64,000 nt of DNA from Rhizobiaceae bacterium (GCA_051960255.1 JBQCEL010000191.1:2604-66603), one strand, 5' to 3'. Numbered from the stretch's first letter, positions 50,115 through 60,544 are shown. Numbers and translations: made by a program. Notes: a model not told the origin generated them from the letters alone.

Positions 50115-51568
50115 CCGGACGGCCAGCGCGACATCACCGTCTTGGTCTTGGTGTAGAAGCGGATCGAGTCCGGCCCATACTGATTGAGGTCGCCGAAGCC
50201 GGAGCGCTTCCATCCGCCGAACGTATAGTAGGAGACCGGCACCGGGATCGGCACGTTGATGCCGACCATGCCGACATTGACGCGGGACGCGAATTCCCGC
50301 GCGGCGTCGCCGTCGCGGGTGAAGATCGCGACGCCATTGCCATATTCATGCTCGGACGGAAGGCGCAGCGCCTCTTCATAATCATGCGCGCGAACGACCG
50401 ACAGCACGGGACCGAATATCTCTTCCTTGTAGATGCGCATCTCGGGCGTCACATGGTCGAAGAGGCAGCCGCCCATATAGAAGCCGTTCTCATAGCCCTG
50501 CATCTTGAAGCCGCGCCCGTCGACGACGAGCTTGGCGCCTTCCTTGATGCCGAGATCGACATAGCCCTTGACGCGCTCCAGAGCCTGCTTCGTCACCAGC
50601 GGGCCGAAATCGGCCGATGGGTCGGTGGACGGGCCGATCTTCAGGCTTTCGACACGCGGAATGAGCTTCTCAACCAGCTTGTCGGCCGTCGCCTTGCCGA
50701 CCGGCACGGCGACCGACACCGCCATGCAGCGTTCGCCCGCCGCGCCATAGCCCGAACCGATCAGCGCATCGACCGCCTGGTCCATGTCGGCGTCGGGCAT
50801 GACGATCATGTGGTTCTTGGCGCCGCCGAAGCACTGCACGCGTTTGCCGGTGCTGGCGGCGCGGCTATAGATATATTGCGCGATGTCGGACGAGCCGACG
50901 AAGCCGACCGCCTTGATGTCCGGATCGTCGAGGATCGCATCCACCGCTTCCTTGTCGCCATTGACGACATTGAGAATGCCCTCGGGCAAGCCTGCTTCCA
51001 GCATCAGTTCGGCAAGCCTGAGCGGGACTCCGGGATCACGCTCGGAGGGCTTCAGGATGAAGGCATTGCCGCATGCGATCGCCGGCGCGAATTTCCACAT
51101 CGGGATCATGGCCGGGAAGTTGAAGGGCGTAATGCCGGCGACGACGCCGAGCGGCTGGCGTACGGAGTAATTGTCGATGCCGGGGCCGGCGCCCTCGGTG
51201 AACTCGCCCTTCATCAGGTGCGGCACGCCGAGCGCGAATTCGACGACTTCGACGCCGCGCTGGATGTCGCCCTTGGCGTCGGGAAGGGTCTTGCCATGCT
51301 CGCGCGCCAGGATCTCGGCCAGTTCGTCATTGTCGCGCGCCACCAGTTCCAGAAACTTCATCAGGATGCGGGCGCGGCGCTGCGGATTGGTCGCCGCCCA
51401 GGCCGGCTGCGCCGCCTTGGCATTCTCGACCGCCGCGCGCACTTCATCGCGCGAGGCAAGCGCCACGGCGCCGCGCACGGAGCCATCCATTGGCTGCATC
51501 ACGTCCTGTTTGCGTCCGCTCTTGCCGGCGACCTTCTTGCCGCCGATGAAATGACCGTATTCGACCAT
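50072..51568 (-). CDS. mmsA: CoA-acylating methylmalonate-semialdehyde dehydrogenase
   Basis: GITPFNFPAMIP, LKPSERDP, GGAKNHM, GERCMA, EEIFGPVL. Confidence 0.93.
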   Translation of the reverse strand: MVEYGHFIGGKKVAGKSGRKQDVMQPMDGSVRGAVALASRDEVRAAVENAKAAQPAWAATNPQRRARILMKFLELVARDNDELAEILAREHGKTLPDAKGDIQRGVEVVEFALGVPHLMKGEFTEGAGPGIDNYSVRQPLGVVAGITPFNFPAMIPMWKFAPAIACGNAFILKPSERDPGVPLRLAELMLEAGLPEGILNVVNGDKEAVDAILDDPDIKAVGFVGSSDIAQYIYSRAASTGKRVQCFGGAKNHMIVMPDADMDQAVDALIGSGYGAAGERCMAVSVAVPVGKATADKLVEKLIPRVESLKIGPSTDPSADFGPLVTKQALERVKGYVDLGIKEGAKLVVDGRGFKMQGYENGFYMGGCLFDHVTPEMRIYKEEIFGPVLSVVRAHDYEEALRLPSEHEYGNGVAIFTRDGDAAREFASRVNVGMVGINVPIPVPVSYYTFGGWKRSGFGDLNQYGPDSIRFYTKTKTVMSRWPSGVKEGAEFAMPTMN

Positions 51569-51720
51569 GGTTACGCTCCCTGACTGTTCGAAAGGATCAT
51601 TCTCCGCCTTTGCACAACGGAAGGCAATGCGACCCTGAACGCAGCCGTTGTGCGAGAAATAAAGATCGTCTTGGAAAGGTGCACGAATTTCTGCATAGTA
51701 CCAGTCTTTCGAGGGCGGCG

Positions 51721-52602
51721 ATGAACTGGGATGACGTGCGTATCTTTCTCGCTGTCGCGCGGGCAGGCCAGATCCTCGGCGCCGCCCGGCGGCTCGGCCT
51801 CAATCACGCCACGGTTTCCCGGCGCGTCGCGGCATTGGAGGAATCGCTCAAGGCGCGTCTCTTCCGCAGGCTCACCACCGGCTCGGAGTTGACGCCAGCC
51901 GGAGAGCGGTTCCTGGTGGTCGCCGAGCGCATGGAAGCCGACATGATCGCGGCGCGCGCCGAGATCGCCGGGGAGGGCGATGCGCTGACGGGCATCGTGC
52001 GGATCGGCGCGCCGGATGGTTTTGGCGTCGCGTTCCTGGCGCCTCGGCTCGGCGCGCTCGCCGCTCTCCATCCGGAGCTTTCCCTGCAATTGGTGCCCGT
52101 TCCGCGCTCCTTCTCCCTGTCGAGGCGGGAAGCCGACATTGTCATCACGGTCGATCGGCCGACGGAAGGCCGCCTCGTCGCCGGCAAGCTGGTGGACTAC
52201 ACGCTCCAACTCTACGCCTCGCGCGCCTATGCGGAGGCAAACGGCCTGCCGAAAACGCCGGCCGAGCTTCCCCATCACCGGCTCGTCGGCTACGTGCCCG
52301 ACCTCGCGATCAGCCCATCTCTCGACTATGTCGACGAGATCGCGTCGGAATGGCCGGCCAATTTCTCCGTCTCTTCCTCATTGGGACAGGTCGAGGCGGT
52401 GCGCTCCGGCGCCGGCATTGGCATTCTCCACACCTTCATCGCGCGCTCGATGCCCGAACTCATCCGCCTGGAGATCGGCAAGCCGATCAGGAGAGCCTAT
52501 TGGATCGTCTATCATGAATCCGTCAGGCCGCTCAGACGTGTTCAGGCGGTGGCGGATTTCGTCGGCCGGATCGTCGAGCAGGAGCGGTGGATCTTCGCGT
52601 GA
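51721..52602 (+). CDS. LysR-family regulator divergent from mmsA
   Basis: MNWDDVRIFLAVAR, LNHATVSRRVAALE. Confidence 0.93.
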   Translation: MNWDDVRIFLAVARAGQILGAARRLGLNHATVSRRVAALEESLKARLFRRLTTGSELTPAGERFLVVAERMEADMIAARAEIAGEGDALTGIVRIGAPDGFGVAFLAPRLGALAALHPELSLQLVPVPRSFSLSRREADIVITVDRPTEGRLVAGKLVDYTLQLYASRAYAEANGLPKTPAELPHHRLVGYVPDLAISPSLDYVDEIASEWPANFSVSSSLGQVEAVRSGAGIGILHTFIARSMPELIRLEIGKPIRRAYWIVYHESVRPLRRVQAVADFVGRIVEQERWIFA

Positions 52603-52614
52603 ACAGGCCGGCCC

Positions 52615-54444
52615 TCATGCCTCGCCCGACAGGTCGCGCCGCGCCTTTTCCAGTTCCTCGGCGTAGCGGCGCATCAAATGGCCTTCGGTCAATAGCCCGA
52701 CGACCTTCTTGTTATAGAGATCGCCGACCACGGCGAGTTCCTCGCTGTTGGCGGAGGCGAACATATCGGCGGCGACCTTGACGTTCATGGAAGGGACGAG
52801 GACCGTTTCCTGGAATTTCGCCAGTTCGCGCACGGGGATGCTTTCGTCCGCCTCATCGCCCTGTTCCGCGTGCAGGTCCGGAACAAGCACGATACCGACA
52901 TAGCGTTGATCCTCATCGACGGCGATCACCCGCTGCGACGCGCCGAGCGGCACCCTTTTCCTTACCTCCGCGACGGGCAGGTCAGCATCGACCGTCCGAA
53001 CATCGCCGCGCATCATCGATCCCACTGTCAGCGAACGCATCCAGCCGACATCCTGCGCGCTTCTGATCGTCTCGCCGCGCAGATGCAGGCGCCAGGTCGA
53101 GAACGAATAGCCGAAAGTCTCGCGTACCAGCATGGCGGACATGATCGAGCCCGCCAGCACGACGCCCGTCAGCGTCAGGTCGCCGGTCGATTCAAGCGCC
53201 AGGAACGTCATCGTCAGCGGGCCGCCGACGATGCCGACAGCCACCGAGGTCATGCCGATCACCGCGGCGACGCCGGGATCGATGCCAGTCTGCGGCGAGA
53301 AGATGGCCATCAGCGCCGCGAAGATCTTGCCGAGCAGCGCTCCCAGGAACAGCGAAGCGAAAAACAACCCACCGCGAAAACCCGCGCCCAGCGATATGGC
53401 CGAAGCCGCTACCTTCATCGCGAAGACGCCTGCCACGGTCGCCAGACCGTAATTCATCTCGAGCTGGATCTGTAGCGCGCCGTGGCCGCTCGACAAGACC
53501 TGCGGGGTCCCGAGCGCCAGCAGGCCGACGAGCACGCCGCCAATCACCGGACGGATCATCGCGTCAATCGACAATTTAACGAAGATGCGGCCCACCATCG
53601 TGACGAGATACATGATCAGGATGGACGCCGCGCCGCCGATCAGCCCAAGCAGCAAATAGGGGAGATACTGATGTGGCAGCATCTTCGCTATTTCCCCGAC
53701 ATGGACCGGGAATTCGACGGCGCCGAGATAGGCCGATGAAAGAGATGCCGCGATCGCGGCCGCGAGAACCGGCGCGACATTGGCGACGGTGTAGACGCCG
53801 ATGATCAGTTCGAAGCCGTAGAAGGCCCCCGTCAATGGCGCCTGAAAAGCTGCGGCGATTGCGCCGGCCGCACCGCAGCCGACCAGGACACGCACGTCGG
53901 CCCGCCTGAGCCCAAGCGTTCGCGCCAGCCGGGAGGCGACGCCTGATCCGATCTGCGTGTAGCCGGCCTCCAGTCCGACCGAGGCGCCGCAGCCGGTCGA
54001 TACGATGGTCTGGAAGACGACGATCAGCGTGTCCACCATCGACATCCGTCCGCCATGCAGCGCATTGGCCTCAATCGGGTCGACCAGGGTGCGGTAATTC
54101 CTGTAGCGGAGATAGGCGACGCTCAGTCCCATGACGACACCGCCGGCGGCGGGAACGAGCGCGTATTGAGGATCGAAAAGCGCGAACATGCTGGACAGTC
54201 GCGCGCCCTTCGGCAAACCGAACAGGAACCAGTGCATCTGCTGCACGGTGAAGCTCATCAGGCTGACGAAGGCGCCAGAAATCGCACCGACGATGCTGGC
54301 AATGAGGACAATGAAAAGCCCTCTTGCCTTGAGCAGCGAGTACCCGCGCCGCAGGATGGCGCGATACCTGATCTTCCTGAGAAAATCGAGGCTGTCAGCG
54401 CCTAGAAGGTTGCTCCGGCGTAGGTTTTCGTCGACACCGTGCAT
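52615..54444 (-). CDS. Second ClC-family chloride channel with CBS domains
   Basis: DPIEANAL, GASVGLEAG, FQAPLTGAFYGFE, GFRGGLF; CBS pair; start uncertain. Confidence 0.88.
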   Translation of the reverse strand: MHGVDENLRRSNLLGADSLDFLRKIRYRAILRRGYSLLKARGLFIVLIASIVGAISGAFVSLMSFTVQQMHWFLFGLPKGARLSSMFALFDPQYALVPAAGGVVMGLSVAYLRYRNYRTLVDPIEANALHGGRMSMVDTLIVVFQTIVSTGCGASVGLEAGYTQIGSGVASRLARTLGLRRADVRVLVGCGAAGAIAAAFQAPLTGAFYGFELIIGVYTVANVAPVLAAAIAASLSSAYLGAVEFPVHVGEIAKMLPHQYLPYLLLGLIGGAASILIMYLVTMVGRIFVKLSIDAMIRPVIGGVLVGLLALGTPQVLSSGHGALQIQLEMNYGLATVAGVFAMKVAASAISLGAGFRGGLFFASLFLGALLGKIFAALMAIFSPQTGIDPGVAAVIGMTSVAVGIVGGPLTMTFLALESTGDLTLTGVVLAGSIMSAMLVRETFGYSFSTWRLHLRGETIRSAQDVGWMRSLTVGSMMRGDVRTVDADLPVAEVRKRVPLGASQRVIAVDEDQRYVGIVLVPDLHAEQGDEADESIPVRELAKFQETVLVPSMNVKVAADMFASANSEELAVVGDLYNKKVVGLLTEGHLMRRYAEELEKARRDLSGEA

Positions 54445-54659
54445 GCGGGAAATTCCGTGGAAAACGAGGACGCTGATAGGCACGCTGGGCGTGCGGCGCA
54501 ACCGTGCCTCCCTCCGTAGCCGGCCATTTTCATGGCATAGGCTCCCTATGCGACAAAAGGAAGCGGATTTGGTTGGTAACGGCGGCAACGTGAACCGAGG
54601 CTGAATGCGACGCTTGCGCTGGGCAGCGGCCTTTCTCGAGTCGCCGGAAGAGCGGCCGG

Positions 54660-54785
54660 TCAGCGGCCGGATGCTGCGTATAAGGCGACGGCCAGGAAGG
54701 AGAGCAGGAAAAGCACGTTCAGCCCGAGAATGAGGTTGAACGTGACGCCCGCGGCGCGGTCGACGATGGCGATTGCTCGTTTCAT
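54660..54785 (-). CDS. Putative 41-aa small membrane protein (not in the ORF track)
   Basis: MKRAIAIVDRAAGVTFNLILGLNVLFLLSFLAVALYAASGR; strong TM helix, GC3-rich codons; weak RBS. Confidence 0.55.
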   Translation of the reverse strand: MKRAIAIVDRAAGVTFNLILGLNVLFLLSFLAVALYAASGR

Positions 54786-54854
54786 CCCGCTATTGTGGCC
54801 GGAAAATACGGAAAATCGGTTAATCCAACGCGGATAATTGCCGGTAAGAACTAC

Positions 54855-55793
54855 TCAGGCGCGCGGATGCGCGGTCTCGTAGATTTCGAGCAGGCGCGCC
54901 GTATCGACCCCGGTATAGATCTGGGTCGTGGACAGGCTGGCATGGCCGAGCAGTTCCTGAATGGTCCTGAGATCGCCGCCGCGCCCGAGAAGGTGGGTCG
55001 CGAAGGAATGGCGAAGCGCATGCGGCGTCGCCGTGTCGGGCAGCCCAAGCGCGCTGCGCAATTTCTGCATCTCGCGTTGAATGATGGCGGGATTGAGCGG
55101 CCCGCCCCGTGCGCCACGGAAGAGCGGCTTGCCGGCATCGAGATGGTGTGGACAAAGCCGGCGATATTCATCGACCGCTTCTGCTACAACGGCAAGGATC
55201 GGCGCCAGCCGCGTCTTGCCGCCCTTTCCGGTGATGCGGATCGCCGTCTGCCCTTTTCCGGAGAGCACGCCTGCTGTGAGTCCCAGAGCTTCGGAAATGC
55301 GCAGGCCTGCGCCATAGAGCAGCGCCAGGACGGCGGCATTGCGCGCGGCGATCCATGGCTCTTCCGCGAGTTGGCCCTCTGTCGAAGCGACTCGGCGTGC
55401 ATCCTGCGCGGTAAGCGGCTTCGGCAGCGACTTCGGCTGTCTTGGCGCGCGCAGCGCCATCGCGCCGGCGGCGCTCGCCAGACCTTTTCGTTCGAGGAAG
55501 CGGAGGAAGGACCGTATGCCGGCAAGGCCGCGGCCGAGCGATCGCGCGCCGGTTCCACCGACGCGGCGATAAGCGAGGAAAGCGCGCAGATCGGCGGTGC
55601 GAAGTTGGGCGATGTCGCCAAGACCGGGCGGGCCGCCGAGATGGCCCGTCAGAAATTGCAGAAACTGGCGCGTATCCCGCTCATAGGCTTCGACGGTGAG
55701 GCGAGAAAGCCGCCTTTCGCCGGCAAGCGCCTGCAGCCAGGCTTGCCGCGCATCCTGCAGGTCGGTTTTGGCCGAGACGAGAAACTCTTGCAT
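54855..55793 (-). CDS. xerC: Tyrosine recombinase XerC
   Basis: LYGAGLRISE, GKGGKTR, TPHALRHSFATHLL, QELLGHASLSTTQIY. Confidence 0.88.
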   Translation of the reverse strand: MQEFLVSAKTDLQDARQAWLQALAGERRLSRLTVEAYERDTRQFLQFLTGHLGGPPGLGDIAQLRTADLRAFLAYRRVGGTGARSLGRGLAGIRSFLRFLERKGLASAAGAMALRAPRQPKSLPKPLTAQDARRVASTEGQLAEEPWIAARNAAVLALLYGAGLRISEALGLTAGVLSGKGQTAIRITGKGGKTRLAPILAVVAEAVDEYRRLCPHHLDAGKPLFRGARGGPLNPAIIQREMQKLRSALGLPDTATPHALRHSFATHLLGRGGDLRTIQELLGHASLSTTQIYTGVDTARLLEIYETAHPRA

Positions 55794-55901
55794 TCCGGCT
55801 GCACTCTTTTTCGGTTAGGGATAGCATGACGTGTTCCGGTTAGCGTCGGGTGAAGACCGGATTCGGATATCCCTTGCGAGTTGACCGTTCCCGTTGATGA
55901 A

Positions 55902-56516
55902 ATGAGCGTATCGAAACCGACCAATCCCGTGCAGATGGCCGTGATCGGCGCCCCCCATGGCGTCCAGGGCGAGGTGCGCGTCAAGACGTTCACCGGCGAC
56001 CCCGAGGCGATCGGCGACTACGGCCCGCTCTTCGCGGCCGACGGACGCATCTTTGAGATCGCCAAGGCAAGGCCAGCGAAAAATGGCGTGGTCGTCCGTT
56101 TTGCGGGCGTCGCCGACCGGGAAGCGGCCGCTGCACTTACCGGCACGCCGCTCTTTATCGATCGATCCGCACTGCCCGAGGATCTCGACGAGGAAGAATT
56201 CTATCACGCCGACCTGATTGGCCTCGATGTCCGGGCTGGCGGCGCAATGCTCGGCAGGATCGTGGCGGTCCACGATTTCGGTGGCGGCGATATCCTTGAA
56301 TTGAAACTGAAGGATGGCCGCTCGGTGATGATCCCCTTCACCCGTTCAGCGGTTCCGGAGGTCGATATCCCCGGCGGCTTCGCCCGGATCGATCCCGCCG
56401 CGTCCGGCCTCGACGCGGAAGACGAGGCGCGACCTCTGGAAGATTTCGAGGAGGGCGATTCCTTCGATGCCGCGACGCGGCCGCGCGGACCGCGTTCGGC
56501 GGGAGGCAACCGGTGA
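55902..56516 (+). CDS. rimM: Ribosome maturation factor RimM
   Basis: [36 protein letters not shown]. Confidence 0.95.
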   Translation: MSVSKPTNPVQMAVIGAPHGVQGEVRVKTFTGDPEAIGDYGPLFAADGRIFEIAKARPAKNGVVVRFAGVADREAAAALTGTPLFIDRSALPEDLDEEEFYHADLIGLDVRAGGAMLGRIVAVHDFGGGDILELKLKDGRSVMIPFTRSAVPEVDIPGGFARIDPAASGLDAEDEARPLEDFEEGDSFDAATRPRGPRSAGGNR

Positions 56517-57193
56517 GTTTCCGCGCCACCGTCCTGACGCTCTATCCCGAAATGTTTCCGGGCCATCTCGATTTGTCGCTCGCAGGCAGGGCGCTCCGAG
56601 CCGGTCTCTGGTCGCTCGACACGGTGCAGATCAGGGATTTTGCCACGGACAGGCATCGGACCGTGGACGACACGCCGGCAGGCGGCGGCGCGGGGATGGT
56701 GATGCGCGCCGACATTCTCGCCGCGGCGATCGACCATGCCGCACCGGCCGGTGACCCTCGGCCGAAGCTCTTGATGAGTCCGCGGGGCCGTCCGCTGACG
56801 CAACAACGCGTTCGCCGGCTCGCGGAAGGGTCCGGCGCTATCATCATCTGCGGCCGCTTCGAGGGCGTCGACCAGCGCGTGATCGAGGCGCGAGGATTGG
56901 AAGAGGTGTCGCTCGGCGATTACATCCTTTCGGGAGGCGAGCCTGCCGCGCTGGTGCTTTTCGATGCGGTGGTGCGGCTCTTGCCGGGCGTGATGGGCAA
57001 TCACGCGTCGGGCGAGGACGAGAGTTTCGAAGGCGGACTTCTGGAATACCCCCATTATACGCGGCCGCAGCTCTTCGAAGACCGTCCGATCCCTTCCGTC
57101 CTTCTGTCGGGCGACCATGCGAAAATCGCTGCCTGGCGGCGCGAAGAGGCGGAGAAACTGACGCGGGAGAGACGTCCGGACCTGCTTGGCTGA
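56513..57193 (+). CDS. trmD: tRNA (m1G37) methyltransferase
   Basis: [43 protein letters not shown]. Confidence 0.97.
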   Translation: MSFRATVLTLYPEMFPGHLDLSLAGRALRAGLWSLDTVQIRDFATDRHRTVDDTPAGGGAGMVMRADILAAAIDHAAPAGDPRPKLLMSPRGRPLTQQRVRRLAEGSGAIIICGRFEGVDQRVIEARGLEEVSLGDYILSGGEPAALVLFDAVVRLLPGVMGNHASGEDESFEGGLLEYPHYTRPQLFEDRPIPSVLLSGDHAKIAAWRREEAEKLTRERRPDLLG

Positions 57194-57241
57194 ACACGGC
57201 CCCTACATCATCTCCGCCTCGCGATTTTCTGGCCGATACGG

Positions 57242-57270
57242 GTGACAAACGCCCTCAAAGCGTGTATGAG
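57242..57270 (+). promoter_or_regulatory. Putative sigma70 promoter of rplS
   Basis: GTGACA-N17-TATGAG about 160 nt upstream of rplS. Confidence 0.5.
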
Positions 57271-57428
57271 CGCGCCCGAACCGGGAAGAAATTCCCGATC
57301 CCGTCAACAGAGACGGTGAAAACGCCCCTGTCCAGGCTCTTGCGGAACGGACATAGCCCTGCGGTCGAGGAACTGCGCGGCGAGGGAGGGCGCTCTGGCT
57401 GTCGAAAGAACAAGAAGTGGATTACGAG

Positions 57429-57938
57429 ATGGACCTGATACGTCAGCTTGAAGCCGAGCAGGCCGCCAAAATCGAGGAAAAGCGCAAGCTGCCCGCATTC
57501 GAACCGGGCGACACCGTTCGCGTCCAGGTGCGCGTCACCGAAGGCACTCGCACCCGCGTGCAGGCTTATGAAGGCGTCTGCATCGCCCGCTCCGGTTCCG
57601 GCTTCCAGGAGAATTTCACCGTCCGCAAGATTTCCTATGGCGAGGGCGTGGAACGCGTCTTCCCCGTCTATTCGCCGCAGCTCGAGGCGGTGGAAATCGT
57701 GCGTCGCGGCAAGGTCCGCCGCGCCAAGCTCTATTATCTGCGCGATCGCCGCGGCAAATCGGCCCGCATTTCGGAAAACACCGGCGTGCGCGCTCGCAAG
57801 CTGAACGACGCCGAGCGCGCCGCCGCCGCCGAGGAACAGGCGCGCCTGGAAGCGGAAAAGGTTGCTGCCGCCGAAGCGCTCGCGGCCGAGAAGGCGGCTC
57901 AGGACGCCGCCGAGGCCAACGCCGCCAAGTCGGAATAG
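57429..57938 (+). CDS. rplS: 50S ribosomal protein L19
   Basis: [37 protein letters not shown]. Confidence 0.98.
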   Translation: MDLIRQLEAEQAAKIEEKRKLPAFEPGDTVRVQVRVTEGTRTRVQAYEGVCIARSGSGFQENFTVRKISYGEGVERVFPVYSPQLEAVEIVRRGKVRRAKLYYLRDRRGKSARISENTGVRARKLNDAERAAAAEEQARLEAEKVAAAEALAAEKAAQDAAEANAAKSE

Positions 57939-57963
57939 ATCGAAACGGGCACCTCCGAATGGA

Positions 57964-57992
57964 GGGCGCGGGAGCGATCCCGCGCCCTTTTT
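57964..57992 (+). terminator. Intrinsic terminator after rplS
   Basis: GGGCGCGGGA-GCGA-TCCCGCGCCC followed by TTTTT. Confidence 0.9.
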
Positions 57993-58059
57993 CGTTTTCC
58001 CGCCGGTTCTCGCCGCTCCGGTTTTCGGCTAATTTCCTCCCTCGGGAGGAGATATCCAG

Positions 58060-58737
58060 ATGGTGAAGATGAAAACGACGCGGCCGGCGCTGGAGCGCGT
58101 CTATGCCGCGCAGTCGAGACAGGAACTTGCTGGCGCCTATGCCGACTGGGCGAACGAGTACGACCGCCAGACGGCGGAACTCGGCTATGGTCTTCCCTTC
58201 CTCATTGCGGCCTGGGTAGCGCGCTATGTCCAGCGTGGCCAAGGCGCCATCCTCGACGCGGGTTGCGGCACAGGGCTTTCCGGCCCATTCCTTCAGGCTC
58301 TCGGCTATGAGTCGATCGATGGCGTTGACATGTCTGCGGAGATGCTGGCGATCGCGCGCCGGCGCGGCGTCTATGGCGAATTGAAAGAGGCGGCGCTCGG
58401 CGGCCCACTGCCTTGGAGGGACGGCTATTTCAAGGCTTTTCTTTCGACCGGCGTCTTTACCGAGGGCCACGCCCCCGCATCCAGTCTCGACGAACTGGTC
58501 CGGATCACCCGTCCGGGCGGTCACGCCATCTTCACCGTGCGCGATTCCATTGTCGAAAGCGGCGGCTTCAGGCGGAAATTCGAGGAATTGAGGCAAGCCG
58601 GCCGCTGGTCTCCCGTCGAGGAAAGCCCGCCCTTCCGCGCCTTCGCCGTGGCGGAACCGGAAGTGCTGGTCCAGGCCTTCGTGTTCGAGATCCGCCAACC
58701 GCCCAAAGCTCCAATTGCCGGCGGGGCAAAACATTGA
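58060..58737 (+). CDS. Class I SAM-dependent methyltransferase
   Basis: ILDAGCGTGLSG, DGVDMSAEML, RITRPGG. Confidence 0.9.
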   Translation: MVKMKTTRPALERVYAAQSRQELAGAYADWANEYDRQTAELGYGLPFLIAAWVARYVQRGQGAILDAGCGTGLSGPFLQALGYESIDGVDMSAEMLAIARRRGVYGELKEAALGGPLPWRDGYFKAFLSTGVFTEGHAPASSLDELVRITRPGGHAIFTVRDSIVESGGFRRKFEELRQAGRWSPVEESPPFRAFAVAEPEVLVQAFVFEIRQPPKAPIAGGAKH

Positions 58738-58750
58738 TATGGGAGCCGGC

Positions 58751-58867
58751 ATGGAAAGGCTTTTTGGCAATCCCGCCTACAAGCGCTTCGTGCTGCAGGA
58801 CCACAAGCGCCTGCCGTCGCGCTTTTTCGCGCGCGTTGCAGGCGCCATGCTCGCGCGACTTCGCTGA
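58751..58867 (+). CDS. Putative 38-aa basic small protein/uORF upstream of leuC (not in the ORF track)
   Basis: GGGAG RBS 6 nt before ATG; [38 protein letters not shown]. Confidence 0.55.
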   Translation: MERLFGNPAYKRFVLQDHKRLPSRFFARVAGAMLARLR

Positions 58868-58935
58868 GTGATACGTTGCCGGCAGCCGGCCGGCAAAGCC
58901 CTATCTTTCTGCTCAGCACGCCAGGATTGATCACG

Positions 58936-60345
58936 ATGACCGCACCCAGCACACTTTACGATAAGATATTCAACGACCATGTCGTCGATCGCCAGGAAGA
59001 CGGCACCTGCCTCCTCTATATCGACCGCCATCTCGTTCATGAGGTGACGAGCCCGCAGGCTTTCGAAGGACTCAGGATAACCGGCCGCAAGGTTCGCCAT
59101 CCCGAAAAGACGCTTGCCGTCGTCGATCACAACGTTCCGACAACGGCCGACCGCAAATTGGGTATCAAGAACGAGGAAAGCCGCATCCAGGTCGAGGCGC
59201 TGGCGAAGAACGCCGCCGATTTCGGCATCGACTATTACGACGCCGCCGACCGCCGCCAGGGCATCGTCCACATCATCGGACCGGAACAGGGCTTCACCTT
59301 GCCGGGCACGACGATCGTCTGCGGCGACAGCCACACCTCGACCCATGGCGCTTTCGGCGCGCTTGCGCACGGCATCGGCACGTCGGAAGTCGAGCATGTG
59401 CTCGCGACCCAGACGCTGATCCAGAAAAAAGCCAAGAACATGCTGGTGCGCGTCGACGGCGCGCTGCCGGCGGGCGTCACGGCGAAGGATATCATCCTCG
59501 CCATCATCGGCGAGATCGGCACCGCCGGCGGCACCGGCTACGTCATCGAATATGCCGGCGATGCGATCCGTTCGCTGTCGATGGAAGGCCGCATGACTGT
59601 GTGCAACATGTCGATCGAGGGCGGCGCCCGGGCCGGCATGATTGCGCCCGATGAGACGACCTTCGCCTATATTAAGGACCGTCCGCGGGCGCCGAAGGGC
59701 CGGGATTGGGACTTGGCCCGCGCCTATTGGGAGACGCTGCGCTCCGACGAGGGCGCGCATTTCAACGAGATCGTGACGCTTGACGCGGCGAAACTGCCGC
59801 CGATCGTCACCTGGGGCTCTTCGCCGGAGGACGTCGTGGCCGTCACCGGCGTCGTTCCCGATCCCGACAGGATCGAGGACGAGAACAAGCGCAACTCGAA
59901 GAAGCGCGCGCTCGAATATATGGGCCTCTCGGCCGGCACGAAGATCACTGACATCGCGCTCGACCGCGTCTTCATCGGCTCCTGCACCAATGGCCGCATC
60001 GAGGATCTGCGCGCCGCGGCGAAGGTCGTGGATGGCAAGAAGGTTTCCGATCGCGTCAACGCGATGATCGTGCCGGGCTCCGGCATCGTCAAGGAACAGG
60101 CGGAAGCGGAAGGTCTCGACAAGATCTTTCTCGCCGCAGGTTTCGAATGGCGCGAACCCGGCTGCTCCATGTGCCTTGCCATGAACGATGACCGCCTCTC
60201 CCCCCAGGAACGCTGCGCCTCGACCTCGAACCGCAATTTCGAGGGCAGGCAAGGCTTCAAGGGCCGCACGCATCTGGTCTCTCCGGCGATGGCGGCGGCG
60301 GCGGCGATCGCCGGCCATTTCGTGGATATCCGCGACTGGCATTGA
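58936..60345 (+). CDS. leuC: 3-isopropylmalate dehydratase large subunit
   Basis: [42 protein letters not shown]. Confidence 0.98.
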   Translation: MTAPSTLYDKIFNDHVVDRQEDGTCLLYIDRHLVHEVTSPQAFEGLRITGRKVRHPEKTLAVVDHNVPTTADRKLGIKNEESRIQVEALAKNAADFGIDYYDAADRRQGIVHIIGPEQGFTLPGTTIVCGDSHTSTHGAFGALAHGIGTSEVEHVLATQTLIQKKAKNMLVRVDGALPAGVTAKDIILAIIGEIGTAGGTGYVIEYAGDAIRSLSMEGRMTVCNMSIEGGARAGMIAPDETTFAYIKDRPRAPKGRDWDLARAYWETLRSDEGAHFNEIVTLDAAKLPPIVTWGSSPEDVVAVTGVVPDPDRIEDENKRNSKKRALEYMGLSAGTKITDIALDRVFIGSCTNGRIEDLRAAAKVVDGKKVSDRVNAMIVPGSGIVKEQAEAEGLDKIFLAAGFEWREPGCSMCLAMNDDRLSPQERCASTSNRNFEGRQGFKGRTHLVSPAMAAAAAIAGHFVDIRDWH

Positions 60346-60401
60346 GCACGAGAACACCGGTTTTTTGCGGCAGCCCGACGGTTGCTGTCCCGAGACACTG
60401 A

Positions 60402-60450
60402 AAGCCCTGACGGCGAGCGGAAGACCGGCTCCCGCCGGGGCTTTTTTTCT
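60402..60450 (+). terminator. Probable terminator after leuC
   Basis: AAAGCCC...GGGCTTT outer stem with inner CCGGC/GCCGG, followed by a T7 run. Confidence 0.6.
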
Positions 60451-60544
60451 CGTTCTCTTCGAGGTTTTCGAGGGTCGCTTAACCGCTTGTTCTTCCTTTC
60501 CCGCTACGCTGCCGTGAAGGCTGGGGCTGGAGCAAAAGGGGAGC

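Noticed and set aside
54855-55793. Tyrosine recombinase as a possible island integrase
   Set aside because: Length, host-like GC, XerC-type motifs and housekeeping context indicate chromosomal XerC; it is 37 kb from the tRNA island
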